A stretch of 64,000 nucleotides of DNA from the NCBI RefSeq assembly GCF_000372725.1, contig NW_005201792.1:1057440-1121439 (forward strand), in the 5' to 3' direction. This DNA comes from Emiliania huxleyi CCMP1516 (Eukaryota). The translations under genes and the position numbers were made by a program. The notes below the pieces were generated by a model. The model had not been told where the DNA came from and did not search any database. It saw nothing but the letters and a program-made list of their open reading frames with translations. Below are positions 36,177 to 48,105 of this stretch, in pieces; within the stretch, counting starts at the first letter, position 1; each line of letters starts with the position of its first letter.

Positions 36177-39100
36177 TCAGCAAAACCGCGTTTGTGCCGC
36201 TCCAGCGAGGGCAATCGTGCGGCGCTGCGCAGCGCGCCAGAGCGATCGCCCTCTCGCGAGCTCTGCGCGCGTGCTCTTGCGCCGTGGCCTGCGCTCAAGG
36301 CAGAAGCAAGTGGTCAGCGATCGGCGGTTCAGGAAAGTGGAGCAAGGGCTGTGCTGGGGGCGAAGCGCCACCTTTGAGAGCTTCGCGCCCACCGAGCCCA
36401 GGGGCGCAGCCTCTGCCTCCGCCAGCCTGAGAGAGGACAGGCAGGGCAGGCGAGGGGGTTGGAGGCGGAGCGGGCCGGTGCGCCGCCACCGGGTGCCGCG
36501 CACCGCTGCAAGACGGGAGCCGTGGCGCTCAGCGAGAGCGAGAGCGAGAGCGAGAGCGACGCGGCGGACGCGGGGGACGCCGCCTGCGCGTCCGCCTCGA
36601 GCTGCGCCACGAGCGACGCCGCCTCCTCGCCCGCCACCAGAGGCGACGAGCTTCGCCAGAGGCCGTCGACGAGGAAGAGAGCGTTCTCGCCGCCCTCACA
36701 CGCGCCAACACACGCACCAGCACCGCCCGCCGCGGCGCCGCCCGGCGCGCCTCTCGCGCGGACGGCGGCGGAGAGAGGCGCGAGCGCGGCGGCGCGCATC
36801 GCGGATCGCGTCTCAGCGCGGCAGTGTGCGCCGAGCCAGCCGGCCAGCAGACAGGCGGCCTGGGGCTCTCCGCCGCTGCCCGCCGCCGCGAGCGCTGAGG
36901 CTGCGCCCGGCTGGCCGCCGTGCGAGTAGGAGAGAGCGGCCCGCGCGAGCGCGCCGCCGAGCAGGCCGGGCGGCACCGGGGCGGCGGCCAGCTCGAGGCG
37001 GGCGGAGAAGAGCGCGCGCTGCGCGGGCGAGGTGAGCTCGAAGCACGCCTCGAGCACGCTCACCGCAGGCCCTGCCTGTGCGGCCGCCAGTCTGCCGAGC
37101 GTCGCGCGGAGGAGCTCGGCGGCGAAGCTGCTGGCGGCCTGCTCAGCCTGCTGCGCGGGGCTGGCGGCAGACGGCCGCGGGCGGGCGGCGCAGATCCAGG
37201 CAGACTCCGCTTCCGCGACGGCCCCCTGGGCGCGCGCGTGGCTTCCCCCGCCGACTCGACCCTCCCCACTCCCCTCGCCACCGGCGGGAAGAGGTGCGCG
37301 TGCCCAGCGAGAGGAGGAGGCGGCGGCGGCGGCAGCGTCCTCCGACCCAAAGGCGGGAGCGGCGTAGCGCGAAAAGTGGCGCGAGCAGCCGTACAGCGCA
37401 CCGCGCCGCCGCGGCGGCTGTGTCGGCGGTGGCGACGCGTTTGCGTCGATGCCGCCACAGACCGGGGAGCAAGCGGGGCAGCAGAGCGAGAGGAGGGCGA
37501 GGCGGGTCGCTGGCGGCGGCCCGTGCGGGTGCGGCGGCAGCGAGAGCAGCAGGGAGAGGACGAACGTGACGCGGCTCGGGTGGTGCTGGTACAGCGGCCG
37601 GAAAGTGATTAGTTAATTAGTAGTTAATTAGTAGTTAATTAGTAGTTGCCTGGTACAGCGGCCGGTAAGTGCGCAGCAAATCAGTCGCCAGCTGCAGCGC
37701 CTCACCGCCGCCTGCGTCACCTCCGCCGCCGCCCCTTGCGCCGATCAGCGCCGCCTCGATCGCCATGTCGACCGCCGGAAGCAGCCTCCTCGCCGCGCTC
37801 GAGTAGACACGCGGCCCCGCCCCCCGGCCCGGCAGCAGCGACGCGGCGGCCTGCGCGGCGTCGTCGTCGAGCGGCCTGATTAATTATCCGAAGTAAGTGT
37901 GCTGACAAGTCCTCAGTCGTGAGAGAGACATCGCGTCGAGCTGCCAGAGCGCGGCGGGTGCGTCGGCGTGGCGGAGCGGCTCCGGCGCGAGGGCTTGCGC
38001 GAGCCGCCCCATCGCGGCGCGCTGCTCCGTCGGCGGCGGCGGCGAGGGCGCCGGAAGCCTCGCAAAGGGAGCGACGAGACGCGCCACCGCCGGGGCCTCG
38101 AGCAGCAGCCGGCGCAAGGCTGCGGCGGCGGAACCCGCGCCGTCGGCCTCCTCGAGGCGGGCGGCGAGGATCGCGACAACGTGCTCCAGTCTCACCAGCT
38201 CAAGCGCCGGCCCAAGCGCGCACACCTCTGCGAGAGCATCGGCCCGGCCCGCCGCCCCGCCGGCGCCGCCGCGCAGCACAAAGCTCACGGCGACGTGGGC
38301 CGCCGCCGGGAGCTGTGCCGGCGGGAAGCCAGCGCCTCCGCCCAGCTGCCGCGCGCTCGCAACGGCAGCGGGGAGGAGGGTCGCACCCGGCGACTCTGCA
38401 AGCTCGGCGATCATCGCGCAGACCGCCGCCGCGTGCAGCAGCAGAGACGGCGGAGGAGCGGCGCCGCCGTCTGGGTCTGGCGGAGGCGGAGGCGGAGGGG
38501 CGGTCGCTCGGCCAAAGAGAAAGTCGCGGGCAAGCCGCAGCGCATCGGTGCCGCGGTCGGGCGCGGCAGCGTCCGCGGCGGCGGCGGCCACATCGACGAC
38601 CATCCGCAGCGCGCTGGTGACGGTGCGGCCGAGCTCTGCGGCCGGCTCCGCCTCGCTGCTGCCGGGCGGGTGGAGGGCGCGCAAGCGGCGCTCGGCGGCG
38701 AGGAGGAGGAGGGCGAGCGGCTCGAGCGCGACGGCGGCGGCGACGTTCGCCGCGCGCGCCGCCGGCGGCGCGTTCGAGTCCTGCGCCGCCTTTGCTGCGG
38801 GGATGATGGGGCGGAGGAGCGCGGCGAGGCACTGGGGCGACGCTGCTGCGGCGGCGTGCGTGGAGAGGAGATCTTCGGCGGCGCCGTGCGCGGCGGGGCA
38901 GCGGCTGCGGGAGAGGGAGGCCGCCGCCAGCTTGAGGAGAAGCTGGCTGTCTCGCTCGGTGCCTAATTAGTAGTTAATTAGTAGTTAATTAGTAGTTAAT
39001 TAGTAGTTAATTAGAAGCTGACTGTCTCGCTCGATGCCGCTGCGGCAGAGTAGCCAGCGGAGGCGGTACGCGAGCAAGTCGAACAGGGCCGCCTACAGTC

Positions 39101-42100
39101 GGCCGACGGCGGCGGCTCGCAGGACGGGAGACGTACCGAGCCGCCTCGCGGGGGAGGCTCGCACCAGCGCGTGCGACGTCACCGACCCCGCGGCGGCCGC
39201 GGCGGCGGCAGAGCCCGAGGAGGCTGCGTCGGGCGGGCACAAGTCGTACACGCAAGACTTGCCGTGCGGCGAGCCCGAGCCGAGGGTCTGCGGCAGCGTG
39301 AGGACGAGCCGCGCGTACGACTCGAGCAGCGAGACGAGGGGCGAGCCGCCCTCGCCCGCAGAGAGCGGCGGGGCGGTGCTGTCTGGAGCGGCGGGCTTGA
39401 GCTCCTCCTTGATGGCCGCGGCGAGCGACGCCTCGAGGCGGCGGCGGCAGTAGACGTTGAGGTGCAAGAGCAGCGACAGAGGCAGTGGCCGCCCGCCCGC
39501 GCGCAGGCCGTGCAGCAGCAGGTCGACGAGCTGCTGCGTGGTGATGTGCGAGGCGAGGCACGCGCGGCGGACCATCGACGCGGACGCGACCAGCGCCTCC
39601 GCAGCCTCGACTGCTCGGCTCGACCCGGGCGGGCGGCGGGAAGAGCCTACTCTCTCACACAATGGCGGCGTCTGGAGGAGAAGGAGGGGGGAGGAGCCGG
39701 CGGCCGCCGCCGTCCGAGAGCCGTTTGCGGGGCTGTTCTCCATGCCGCTGCTGCCTCCCCCTCCCCGGGCGCGGCTGGCAGCTGAGCTCGACGCGGCGGC
39801 CTCGAAGAGCGGCGCGACGGCCTTGTGTGCGTCCTGGGTGCGGCGGGCGAGGAACGGGGTGCGGCGAGGGGAGGGGGCGGTCTCGCTGGAGCTACGGGTG
39901 CGTCAGCGAGGCCATCGTGGGGGCAAGGGGTCGCGTGCATCAGCCTGGGGGAGGTGCGAGAAGGTGCGCGAACACGTGTGCGGCCGGGAGCTGGCGAGGG
40001 AGGGGGCACGGTGCAAGCTAGGCGCGCAAGCCTTCAGCGCCCTGTCGCCTGACACCTCGCAAGCTGTCCACGCCGCCGCGTGCGCCTCGATCGCCGCGGC
40101 GGGAGCCGGGAAGCGAGTGAGCAGGCAGAGGAGCGCGGCGCCGCGTAGGGTGCTCTCAGACGCGGCGGACGGCCCTCCGACGGCGGGCAGCGGTGCCCAC
40201 AGGCCGGCGGAGCTGCTGGCTGCGCCGTCGCAGCCGAGACGCAAGGCAGCGGCGGGCAACAGCCGGGCCCCGCGCTCCGCGCCCCCAGTCATCTGCTTGT
40301 ACAACACCGCGGCGTGCGCCGCGACGAGCAGCAGACCGGGCCCCGCGTCCGCAGGCGGCGGCCACAGCCTCCACTCCCCGCCCTCGCCGCCCTCCCCGCC
40401 GACGCCCGCTCCGCCGGCAAGCGGCGCGAGGTTGGCAAGCAGCGCAGCCTCGCGCCGGCGCGCCTCGTGGAGCAGCAAGTGGGAGAGCGCCCCCTCGTGC
40501 ACCCCGCGGTGCGAGTACAGCAAGTCCAGCGACGCGGGCAGCACCGCCGCCCGGCTCGAGCCAAGCTCCGCCTCTGCCGCCGCAGCGTCGGCGGAAGCGC
40601 CTGCGGCGGCGCGCCCGAGCCCGCCGCCGCGAGCGGCTGGCTCCCGCTCTCTGCTGCTGCTCGACGCCCTGCCGTTGGCGACGCCGCAAGCACCGCTGGC
40701 CGCGACACTCGCGGTGCCAGCACCCGAGCCGTTGGCCGGGTCGGCGCTGGCCGGATGGGCGCTGGCTCCCGCCCCCTTGGAGGCCCTCTTGGAGGTCTCC
40801 TGGGTTTGCTTGGAGGTTTGCTTGGAGGTCTCCTTAGAGCGCTTCCGCTTCACGCCGAGACGCGGAGACGCCTCCGAGGCGGCGGCGGAGGGGGAGGGAG
40901 CGGCGGAGGGAGCGAAAGCGGCAGCTGCGACTACGCTCGCCGCCGCCACCCGCGCCGCGGTGTCGGCGGCGGAGGCAGCGTGCTGCGCTGTCGCCAGATG
41001 CGCTAGCTGCGCCGCGCACACCGCCGCCTCCCGCGCCTCCTCCTCGAGGGCTGCAGCGGCCGCCGTCGCCGGCGCACGCGATGCGGGGAGGGCGGGCGGA
41101 GGCTGCAGCCGCGGCGCGCGCCAGTGGGCGATCTCGGTGGCAGCCAGCTGCACCGCCGTCGCCCAGCCAGGCCCGTTCTGAGCCCTCACCGGCGGGAGGA
41201 GGAGCGCCTGGGAGGGAGGGGGGCAAGGGGCGGGGTGAGGCAGCTGGGAGGGAGGGGGGGCAAGGGGCGGGGTGAGGCAGCTGGGAGGGAGGGGGGCAAG
41301 GGGCGGGGTGAGGCAGCTGGGAGGGAGGGGGGGCAAGGGGAGGGAGGGGGGGCAAGGGGAGGGGTGAGGCAGCGTGGCGGGCAGCCGCAGCCCGCGACGC
41401 GGCCCGTGCATGTGCGCGAGTGTCGCGAAGACCCGTGTCTCGGAGAGAGCTTCCCGTGACTGAGGCGTCCAGTGGCTCTCTCTCGCTTCCCTCCCCGACC
41501 CATCTGGACAGCGCCATCTAGACAGCAGCAGCCTCTGCCGCAGGGAGAGGAGGACTCTCCCGCGCGGCGCAGCCACGGGCGGCGGCGCGTGGGAGGAGGA
41601 GCGCCATCCAGTGCAGCGCCCCCCGGCCGTCTCCGCCGCCCCAGCCCCAGCCCGCCGACGGCCGTGCCGCGGCCCCGACCAGCGTGTCGCTCAGCTGCCG
41701 GAGCGAGCCCTCGAGGCCAGCGATTGCACCGCCCGCCTCCCACTCCTCCGCGCTGTCGCCTCCGCCGCTGTGCAGCTGCGGCCGCTGCTGCAGCCTCGCC
41801 ACCACGCCGGCCCAGCGCAGATGCGGAGACGCGTCGCCCGTCGCGGAGGTGCCTCCTCCGCCTCCTCCGCCTCCGGCCGCCGCCACTGTCTCCTCTGCCG
41901 CCGCCTCTGCTGCCGCCGCCGCGAGAGCGGCTGCGAGGCTGCAGCGCACCGTGTAGTGCGAGCAGATCGTGGCGTGGCGAAGCCGAGCGTTCGCCTCTTG
42001 GCCAGGCCCACCAGCCGCACCCGCGATCCTCCGCTCGCACAGCCGCAGGGCGTCGCACAGCAGGCGGGCGCTCTCCCGCCTCAGCTGCTGTAAGCATGCG

Positions 42101-42393
42101 GAGGAGCGACCCGGCTGCAGCTGCTCCAGCTGGGTCTCGGGCGACTGCAGCACGAGCAGGACCACGCGCAGCGCGCCAAGCAGCCACGCGGGCGGCTCTG
42201 CCAGCGGGTCAGCCGTGACGGCCGCCGCTTCCGCACGCAACATGCAGAGCGCGTCATGCAGCGATTGCAGCGGCGTGCCGGCACTCGGTTGCGCCGCTTC
42301 AGAAGGGAGCACTTCGCGCGCCGCGCGACCCAAGGCACCTGGCCACGCGCGGAGCACACCGAAGGCGAGAGAGAGCGCCTCTCGCGCCTCCAT
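36177..42393 (-). CDS. MED23: Mediator complex subunit 23 (divergent, multi-exon; 3' end approximate)
   Basis: Motifs occur in MED23 order after splicing: PLPLSLLLHLNVYCRRRL (cf. LPMNLLDSLTVH), SLLESYARLVL (cf. ALVETYSRLL), DLLAYRL, PRVYSSAARRLLPAVDMAI (cf. PIYFGNVCLRFLPVFDIVI), LLRTYRPLYQHHPSRVTFV (cf. LYKFHDRPVTY / YHPLRFTFV). Comparisons are from memory. Confidence 0.72.
37607..37647. repeat. (TTAATTAGTAG)n array in MED23 intron 37586-37649
   Basis: About 3.5 copies. Confidence 0.9.
38963..39013. repeat. (TAATTAGTAGT)n array in MED23 intron 38963-39037
   Basis: About 4.5 copies of the same 11-mer as at 37.6 kb. Confidence 0.9.
41208..41372. repeat. Intronic minisatellite of about 37 bp in MED23
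   Basis: CTGGGAGGGAGGGGGGCAAGGGGCGGGGTGAGGCAG repeated about four times. Confidence 0.85.
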
Positions 42394-42509
42394 TGCCTTG
42401 TCTCCGAGTGCCCCGTACTGAGCGAAGGCAACCGCCGCGAGGGCGAGGCTGGAAGGCACGGGACTGGCGCGCACTGGCTTAGCTTGGGATGAAAGAAAGA
42501 GAAGGTTTC

Positions 42510-42632
42510 GCGCGGGAGAGGTGACGTGTGAACTACAGGTGGTGGGGAAGGCAGCCTCGATTGCCATACAGACATGGGTGCGAAACAACGACAAGACCAA
42601 GGTATGGGCAGAGGAACGAGAGAAGAACATAA
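42510..42632 (+). repeat. Dispersed repeat (direct copy at about 47262-47378)
   Basis: GGAGAGGTGACG...AACT.CAGGT.GTGG.AAGGCAGC.TCGAT..CCAT.CAGACATGGGT.CGAAACAACGACAAGACCA...GAGAGAAGAACATA is shared. Confidence 0.85.
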
Positions 42633-43219
42633 AATTCTACACGGGAAAAGAATTTTACGAGCGCTCCCGCTTTTGGGTGCCTCTGTCAGTGTGCCCAGTG
42701 AGAGACTGCTGGTGAGAAGCCGGAGGAAGGTCGCTAGTCGAGAGAGATTGCCAGTGGAATAGGGAGTCCACCGTGCTGCGAGCCTGTCGCTGTCCCTTGT
42801 CAGGAGCAGGAGAACTAGGAGAGCGCAACCAGTAGGAGGCCCGCGCCTGCCCCCGTGCCGCCGGGTGCAACCTGTCCTATACGAGAGAGGACTCCCTGGG
42901 ACCCTGTCGTGTGGGTGAACCCTGCCCAGCCCCCCTCCGTGTCGCGATGCGCTCCCCGCTCCCGTCCGTGTCCCTGATCGTCCTTATGTACACCTTATAA
43001 GATCCTGCTCGTGCAGGTGGGGACCCTGTCCTTTTCCCACCCCTCGTTTGGCGTGCCCGTTTTATTTATTTATTTATGTCCAGTCCGAGCCTGACTGTTC
43101 TTCACCTTCCTACATACATACATACATATTTTGGGTGGCGGTCGCGCGCTGCCGACGGCGCTCGCCCGCGTTTGCGGCGCTACGGCGCTCGCGGCGCGCT
43201 CGTGGCGTTCAGGGCGGCT

Positions 43220-43228
43220 CGCACACGC

Positions 43229-43306
<78 letters not shown>
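43220..43306. repeat. (CA)n(GA)n compound microsatellite
   Basis: Direct reading. Confidence 0.95.
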
Positions 43307-43309
<3 letters not shown>

Positions 43310-43729
43310 ACATGCATGCACAGACACACAGCCCCTTCCCCTCCCCCCCAAGACCTTCCCAAGGGCGAGGACACGCGCAGGCCGCACCTCTAGTGAGGCC
43401 GGCATAAGTGTGTGGGAGACTCATGCCGCCGCCCCTGCCACCCCTGTGTCAGTGTGCCCGTGGTAGTGAGAGACTGCCGGTGAGAAGCCGGCGGAAGGTC
43501 GCTAGACTGAGATGAGACCGCCAGTGGAGTTGGGATTCCAACACACACTTGCCCCCTGGTGGTCTGGCACTCGGCGTTATACCTACTGGGGTTAGGCTGT
43601 TTTTCTTTTATTTTCTGAGCCTCGGGGGGGCGGGGGGGAGGGGGGAAGTGGGTCCCCGCGGTGTTTTTTCTTTCCTGTCAGTTTTCTTTCTATAACGAGC
43701 TTTTTCTTTTCGGTTTCTTTTATGGCAGT

Positions 43730-44700
43730 AAAAAGAAACGGAACTTTGTCGTTTGTGCGGCAGGCGCGGGCTCGGTCGATATCCCATACTTCGACTCACA
43801 TCTTCACTGCTGCGGTGAGTGCCCGGGGAGGCGCGGCGGCGGGGTGAATGAAAAGGTCTCAGAATGCACAGAGAAAGAAAACTGGTAACTGCAGGCCGCG
43901 CTGCAGTTTCTCTGATCGGGCTGCTGGCGGTGTGAGCGCGAGACGGCGTGGTGAGGCGTGAGGCAGGCTATTGTTGTGGGGTGCGGGCTGCGTCGTTAGG
44001 CGTATGCGTGCACATGGTGCTGTATGCTGTGTACTTTGCTGTGTGTGCAGGCAGGCTGGCAGTGTGTGCTCTGTGCTGTGTGCAGGCAGACTGGACAGCG
44101 GACTGAACGGATGGCGGAGCGTGCGCGCAGCGTGCCACGCGCGCGCCTCGTGCAGTGCAGACCAGGCGCGTGGCGGCAGGGGCGCAGCGCGGAGCACGCG
44201 GGCTGAATGTTCAGAACAAGCAGGGCTGCTGTGCAGTCTGCATGCAGACTGCACAGCAGCCCTGCTCGGGTAACGTAGCGCGAGCTCGGTGGCCTGCGCG
44301 CGCGGCGTGCCGCCGCGCGCGCCTCGCGGTGAAGCGTCTTGCCGGTCGCGTCGCGCTCCGGTGCGGTATGGTGCCTGAAGAAGGTGCAGGCGCTTGTGCA
44401 ATGGGCGCTGACTGCAGTGAGAGGTGCACTGCGGCGCGCGCGTCGGCGTGAGTGGTCGTGCGCCTGGGTCTGGTGGTGCGAGAGGCGCGTGGCTGGTGCG
44501 GGCGGCGCGGGCCGGCCATGGGGCGCCAGCACAGGGCAGACGCACATGGCACAGCTCTGAAATGGCGCTGCGCGTGTTTGCGTGCGCGCGGGGACGTACG
44601 CGCAGTTTTCACGCGGTGTGCGTGGAGAAGGGCATGAGAGGCGCCGGCCGCGCGTGGCTCGGCGTGTGGGAGTGTTGGGGTGCCCGTAGGCGCGTGGGAA
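43730..44700 (-). mobile_element. Family B element, second (inverted) copy
   Basis: Reverse complement of about 26580-27350, with extra internal sequence. Confidence 0.7.
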
Positions 44701-44761
44701 GGTGCCCGAAGGGCGATCATTTTCGGGGTGCTGAAGGAACTGTTGTTCACAGCTTCGCAGA

Positions 44762-45100
44762 GTTGCGCCGAAAGGCGGGAGAAGCCGCGAGAGCAAGGGA
44801 TCGGCAGGCGGCGGCGGCGTCGCAGGTCAGGACGAGGCAGAGGAGAGCGACGCGACAGAGGAGGAAGCGACAGGAGGGAGAACGACGAGAGTGGGACGAC
44901 CGCGAGGTGGCATGAAGGTCGCAGCGAGAATCGGCGAGGGACTGCGAAGGGAGATAGAAAGAGGCAGACGCCCAAGGGTTTGGGTGGGCGACGCCCGACG
45001 GCTAGCTAGCTAGCACCACAGTCCACACTCACAATCTCCCTGTGTGGTGGCGGCGTGCCGTCCTCCCATCCATCCCGGGGTGTCTGTTTTCTTTCTTTTC
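44762..45100 (+). repeat. Direct repeat of about 330 bp (family A, long form); left copy
   Basis: Collinear with about 47777-48105, from GCGCCGAAAGGCGGGAGAAGCCGCGAGAGCAAGGG through CCCTGTGTGGTGGCGGCGTGCCGTCCTCCCATCC. Confidence 0.9.
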
Positions 45101-45385
45101 TTTTTGGCGCGCACTGGCCACTAACACATGTTGGTTTTCAAACTCAATCTCTCTCTCGGCCTCTCACTCTCTCTCTCTCTGATGTCGACTCTGATGTGAG
45201 GTGTGGCGGACCAGCACAAAACCCCTGTGTGGCGGACATCGGACAACAACAGAAAAGCGCAGCAGCCAACCACCACCTTCCCTTCTCGACGCCCTCCCCT
45301 TGATCACCTAGCCCCTCACGCATCTTGAACCGACGCAGCGCTCCGCAGCGCCACCAGGGGAGGAGCGGCCCGGCAGCTCTGCACA

Positions 45386-46360
45386 CTAGAGGAGGTGCGC
45401 AAAGTCGCCCTCGAACTCCTCGCGGTCGCGCTTGCGTGCCGCGCCGTTGGCCCCGTAGGAGCCGAGCCGGAGTTGGGCCCGCTCTAGCCAGCCGTACAGG
45501 AGGTGGCGGCAGCGCTTGTGGGCGAGCGCGGCGTCGATCGCGTCGTACCAGAGCTGCAGGGCGCGCATGCTCTCGGGCGGGAGGCGGACCACTACCGTCG
45601 TGACGGGAAAGGCGTGGAGGAACACGGCGGTTAGGGGCACCGTGACGCGGTCGAGGGAGGAGCAGCCGCGAAAAGCGTTCTGTCCGATGGAGATGAGGGC
45701 GGGGGAGAAGACGATGCGCTTGAGGGATCGGCAAGAGAGAAAGGCGTCGCTGCCGATGTGTCTCACGCCGGCGGGAAGGGCGATGTGAGTGAGGGAGGTG
45801 CAGCCCTCGAAGGCTCCCGGTCCGATCGTGCAAAGGGTGGCTGGAAGGGCCACAAACTGAAGGGAGCTGCAGGCGTAGAACGCCGCGTCGTTGAGGACGC
45901 CGAAACCTTCTCGCCGGGGCCGAAACCTTCTCGCCACGCACTGGAAGGCCCGGCCGAGTTCGCATTCGTGCGAGAAGGTGACTGGAAAGGGCCACCCGCA
46001 CTGGAACGCCCGGTCACCTTCGCCTTCGTGCGAGAAGGTGACGGAGGTGAGCGACCTGCACTGGAAGAACGCCCGGTCACCAACGGCCTGGATGGAGCGC
46101 GGGCAGACGACGGAAGTGAGGGAGTCGCAGTCGGCGAACGCGGCCGCCGGTATCGATGGCATGCCCTGTGGCAGGATTGCGCGACCGGAAATGACAGGGA
46201 CGAGTTGGATGCCTCTGCCGGGGATGGCGGGCCGGTCGCTTGCCACGGAGATCACTTCCCAGCTGCTGCCCGCGATTAACCGAGGCTGCGCGTACGTGTA
46301 GAGAGCTCCAGAGTGCTGCGCAGCAAAATATGCTTGCAGGAATCGAATGTCGTCACTCAT
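45386..46360 (-). CDS. BspA/LRR_5-type leucine-rich repeat protein, intronless
   Basis: Repeats such as LPATLCTIGPGAFEGCTSLTHIALPAGVRHIGSDAFLSCRSLKRI and ISIGQNAFRGCSSLDRVTVP match the TpLRR consensus. ATG at 46360. Confidence 0.85.
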   Translation of the reverse strand: MSDDIRFLQAYFAAQHSGALYTYAQPRLIAGSSWEVISVASDRPAIPGRGIQLVPVISGRAILPQGMPSIPAAAFADCDSLTSVVCPRSIQAVGDRAFFQCRSLTSVTFSHEGEGDRAFQCGWPFPVTFSHECELGRAFQCVARRFRPRREGFGVLNDAAFYACSSLQFVALPATLCTIGPGAFEGCTSLTHIALPAGVRHIGSDAFLSCRSLKRIVFSPALISIGQNAFRGCSSLDRVTVPLTAVFLHAFPVTTVVVRLPPESMRALQLWYDAIDAALAHKRCRHLLYGWLERAQLRLGSYGANGAARKRDREEFEGDFAHLL

Positions 46361-47776
46361 CGAATGCCTCAACAACGACACAAGCCGGCTCAACGATGGA
46401 GACACGCGCAGCTTCGATCGGAGAACTTCCAACCCAATTCTTCGCAGACACTCGGCCTCTTCCTTCCCAACCACCGTCCATTTGGGTGCAGCTCAAGGCA
46501 GGCCAAGGCGGGCGCCTGCCCGCCGCTGCCCTCCACCCTGCCGCCAGCAGTAAATCGAGCCGACCCACCCGCGGGCGCGGCTAGGGGCGCGGTCGCTTTA
46601 TTTAGGAGGGTGGAGACCTCTATCTTGGGTGAGGGGGGGGGGGTCAAAGATCGTGGGTCGATCGACGACCGGAGGGTCCCGACAAACACAGACAGAACAA
46701 AACAAAACTCAGACAGATCTGTACGGGGGACTCTGAAAAATATTTTACGTGGTTGAGACAAAGCTCAAGCACAAGAGACAAGTGGGGGTGCCCGTGCCGC
46801 CTAGTTCCGCGGACGGGCCCCTCCACCCTTCATGTACGGATCATGTATGCACCTACAGATCCTGTGGTGGGATCGCTTGTTAATGCATGGTCCGCTTTCG
46901 TCTCCGCTAGAGACTCGAGCCGTAGAGACAGTGAGCCGCCACACAGGGGCATCGTTGGCGCACATACTGAGCGGCAGCTGCGCTGGAAATAAGGAAGAGG
47001 CGCGTTATTACTTCATGCGGAAGCTTGACAAACACACGGCGAGGGCGACAGCAAGAGTCGAACGCGGAACGGGCGGCGCCTGATTCAAAAGACACAGCCA
47101 CATTCCTGAGACGCGCGAGGGCAGCCTCCTTAAACGCAATGGGGTCTAGATTTGGAGCGCTCGCCGGAGAGGAGTACGACAAAATAGCGCCCGTGATTGC
47201 CTGCACGCTGCCCGCACTCACAGACTCCTACCATACCCGAAAGAAAGAGAGAGGAGCTAGCAGGAGAGGTGACGAGGGAACTGCAGGTAGTGGAAGGCAG
47301 CTTCGATCACCATCCAGACATGGGTACGAAACAACGACAAGACCAGGGCAAGGGCGGAGGAGCGAGAGAAGAACATAGGATGGATAGGGCGCCTGTTCAC
47401 GGCATGGAGGGTGAGCCACGCCGAACGGGAGGAGTCCGGAAGACGAATCGTCGACGACGACACGCCACTAGCAATCCCGTCGTCAGCTGTCACGATGCAC
47501 CCGAAGGGGACCCCAGCGCCAACATCATCGGTGGAGGTACAAGTGTCCGAAACGAGAGTGGACCTGAGCAACGATATGACTTGGCGGCAAATGATCATAG
47601 TGGGCGTCAGAAGAGTCGTCCTGGCGCGAGGAGAGCTCGATAAACTCGAGGGGCCAAAACATGCTATGGGTCCCAAGTATGGGTTCGGGACGTATTCACA
47701 CCAGTGTGAAGGTAGGGGACCCTGGATTTCTCCTTTCAGTGTGTTTCTTTTCCAGGCGGAGTGTGCGAGGAGAGCG

Positions 47777-48105
47777 GAGCTGCGCCGAAAGGCGGGAGAA
47801 GCCGCGAGAGCAAGGGGTCGGCAGGCGGCGGCGGCGTCGCAGAACGAGGCAGAGGGAGCGACGCGACAGAGGAGGAAGCGACAGGAGGGAGAACGACGAG
47901 AGTGGGACGACCGCGAGGTGGCATGAAGGTTGCAGCGAGAATCGGCGAGCGAGGGACTGCGAAGTGAGATAGGAAGAGGCGGACGCCCAAGGGTGGGCGA
48001 CGGCTAGCGCACAAGCGCACCACACTCCTCTCCTTAAAATCCCTGTGTGGTGGCGGCGTGCCGTCCTCCCATCCTCTCTTGGCGTGTCTGATTTCTTTCT
48101 TTTCT
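47777..48105 (+). repeat. Direct repeat of about 330 bp (family A, long form); right copy
   Basis: See 44762-45100. Confidence 0.9.

Noticed and set aside
46800..47230. Possible transposase or reverse transcriptase remnant
   Set aside because: Short broken ORFs with no recognisable catalytic motif; cannot be assigned.
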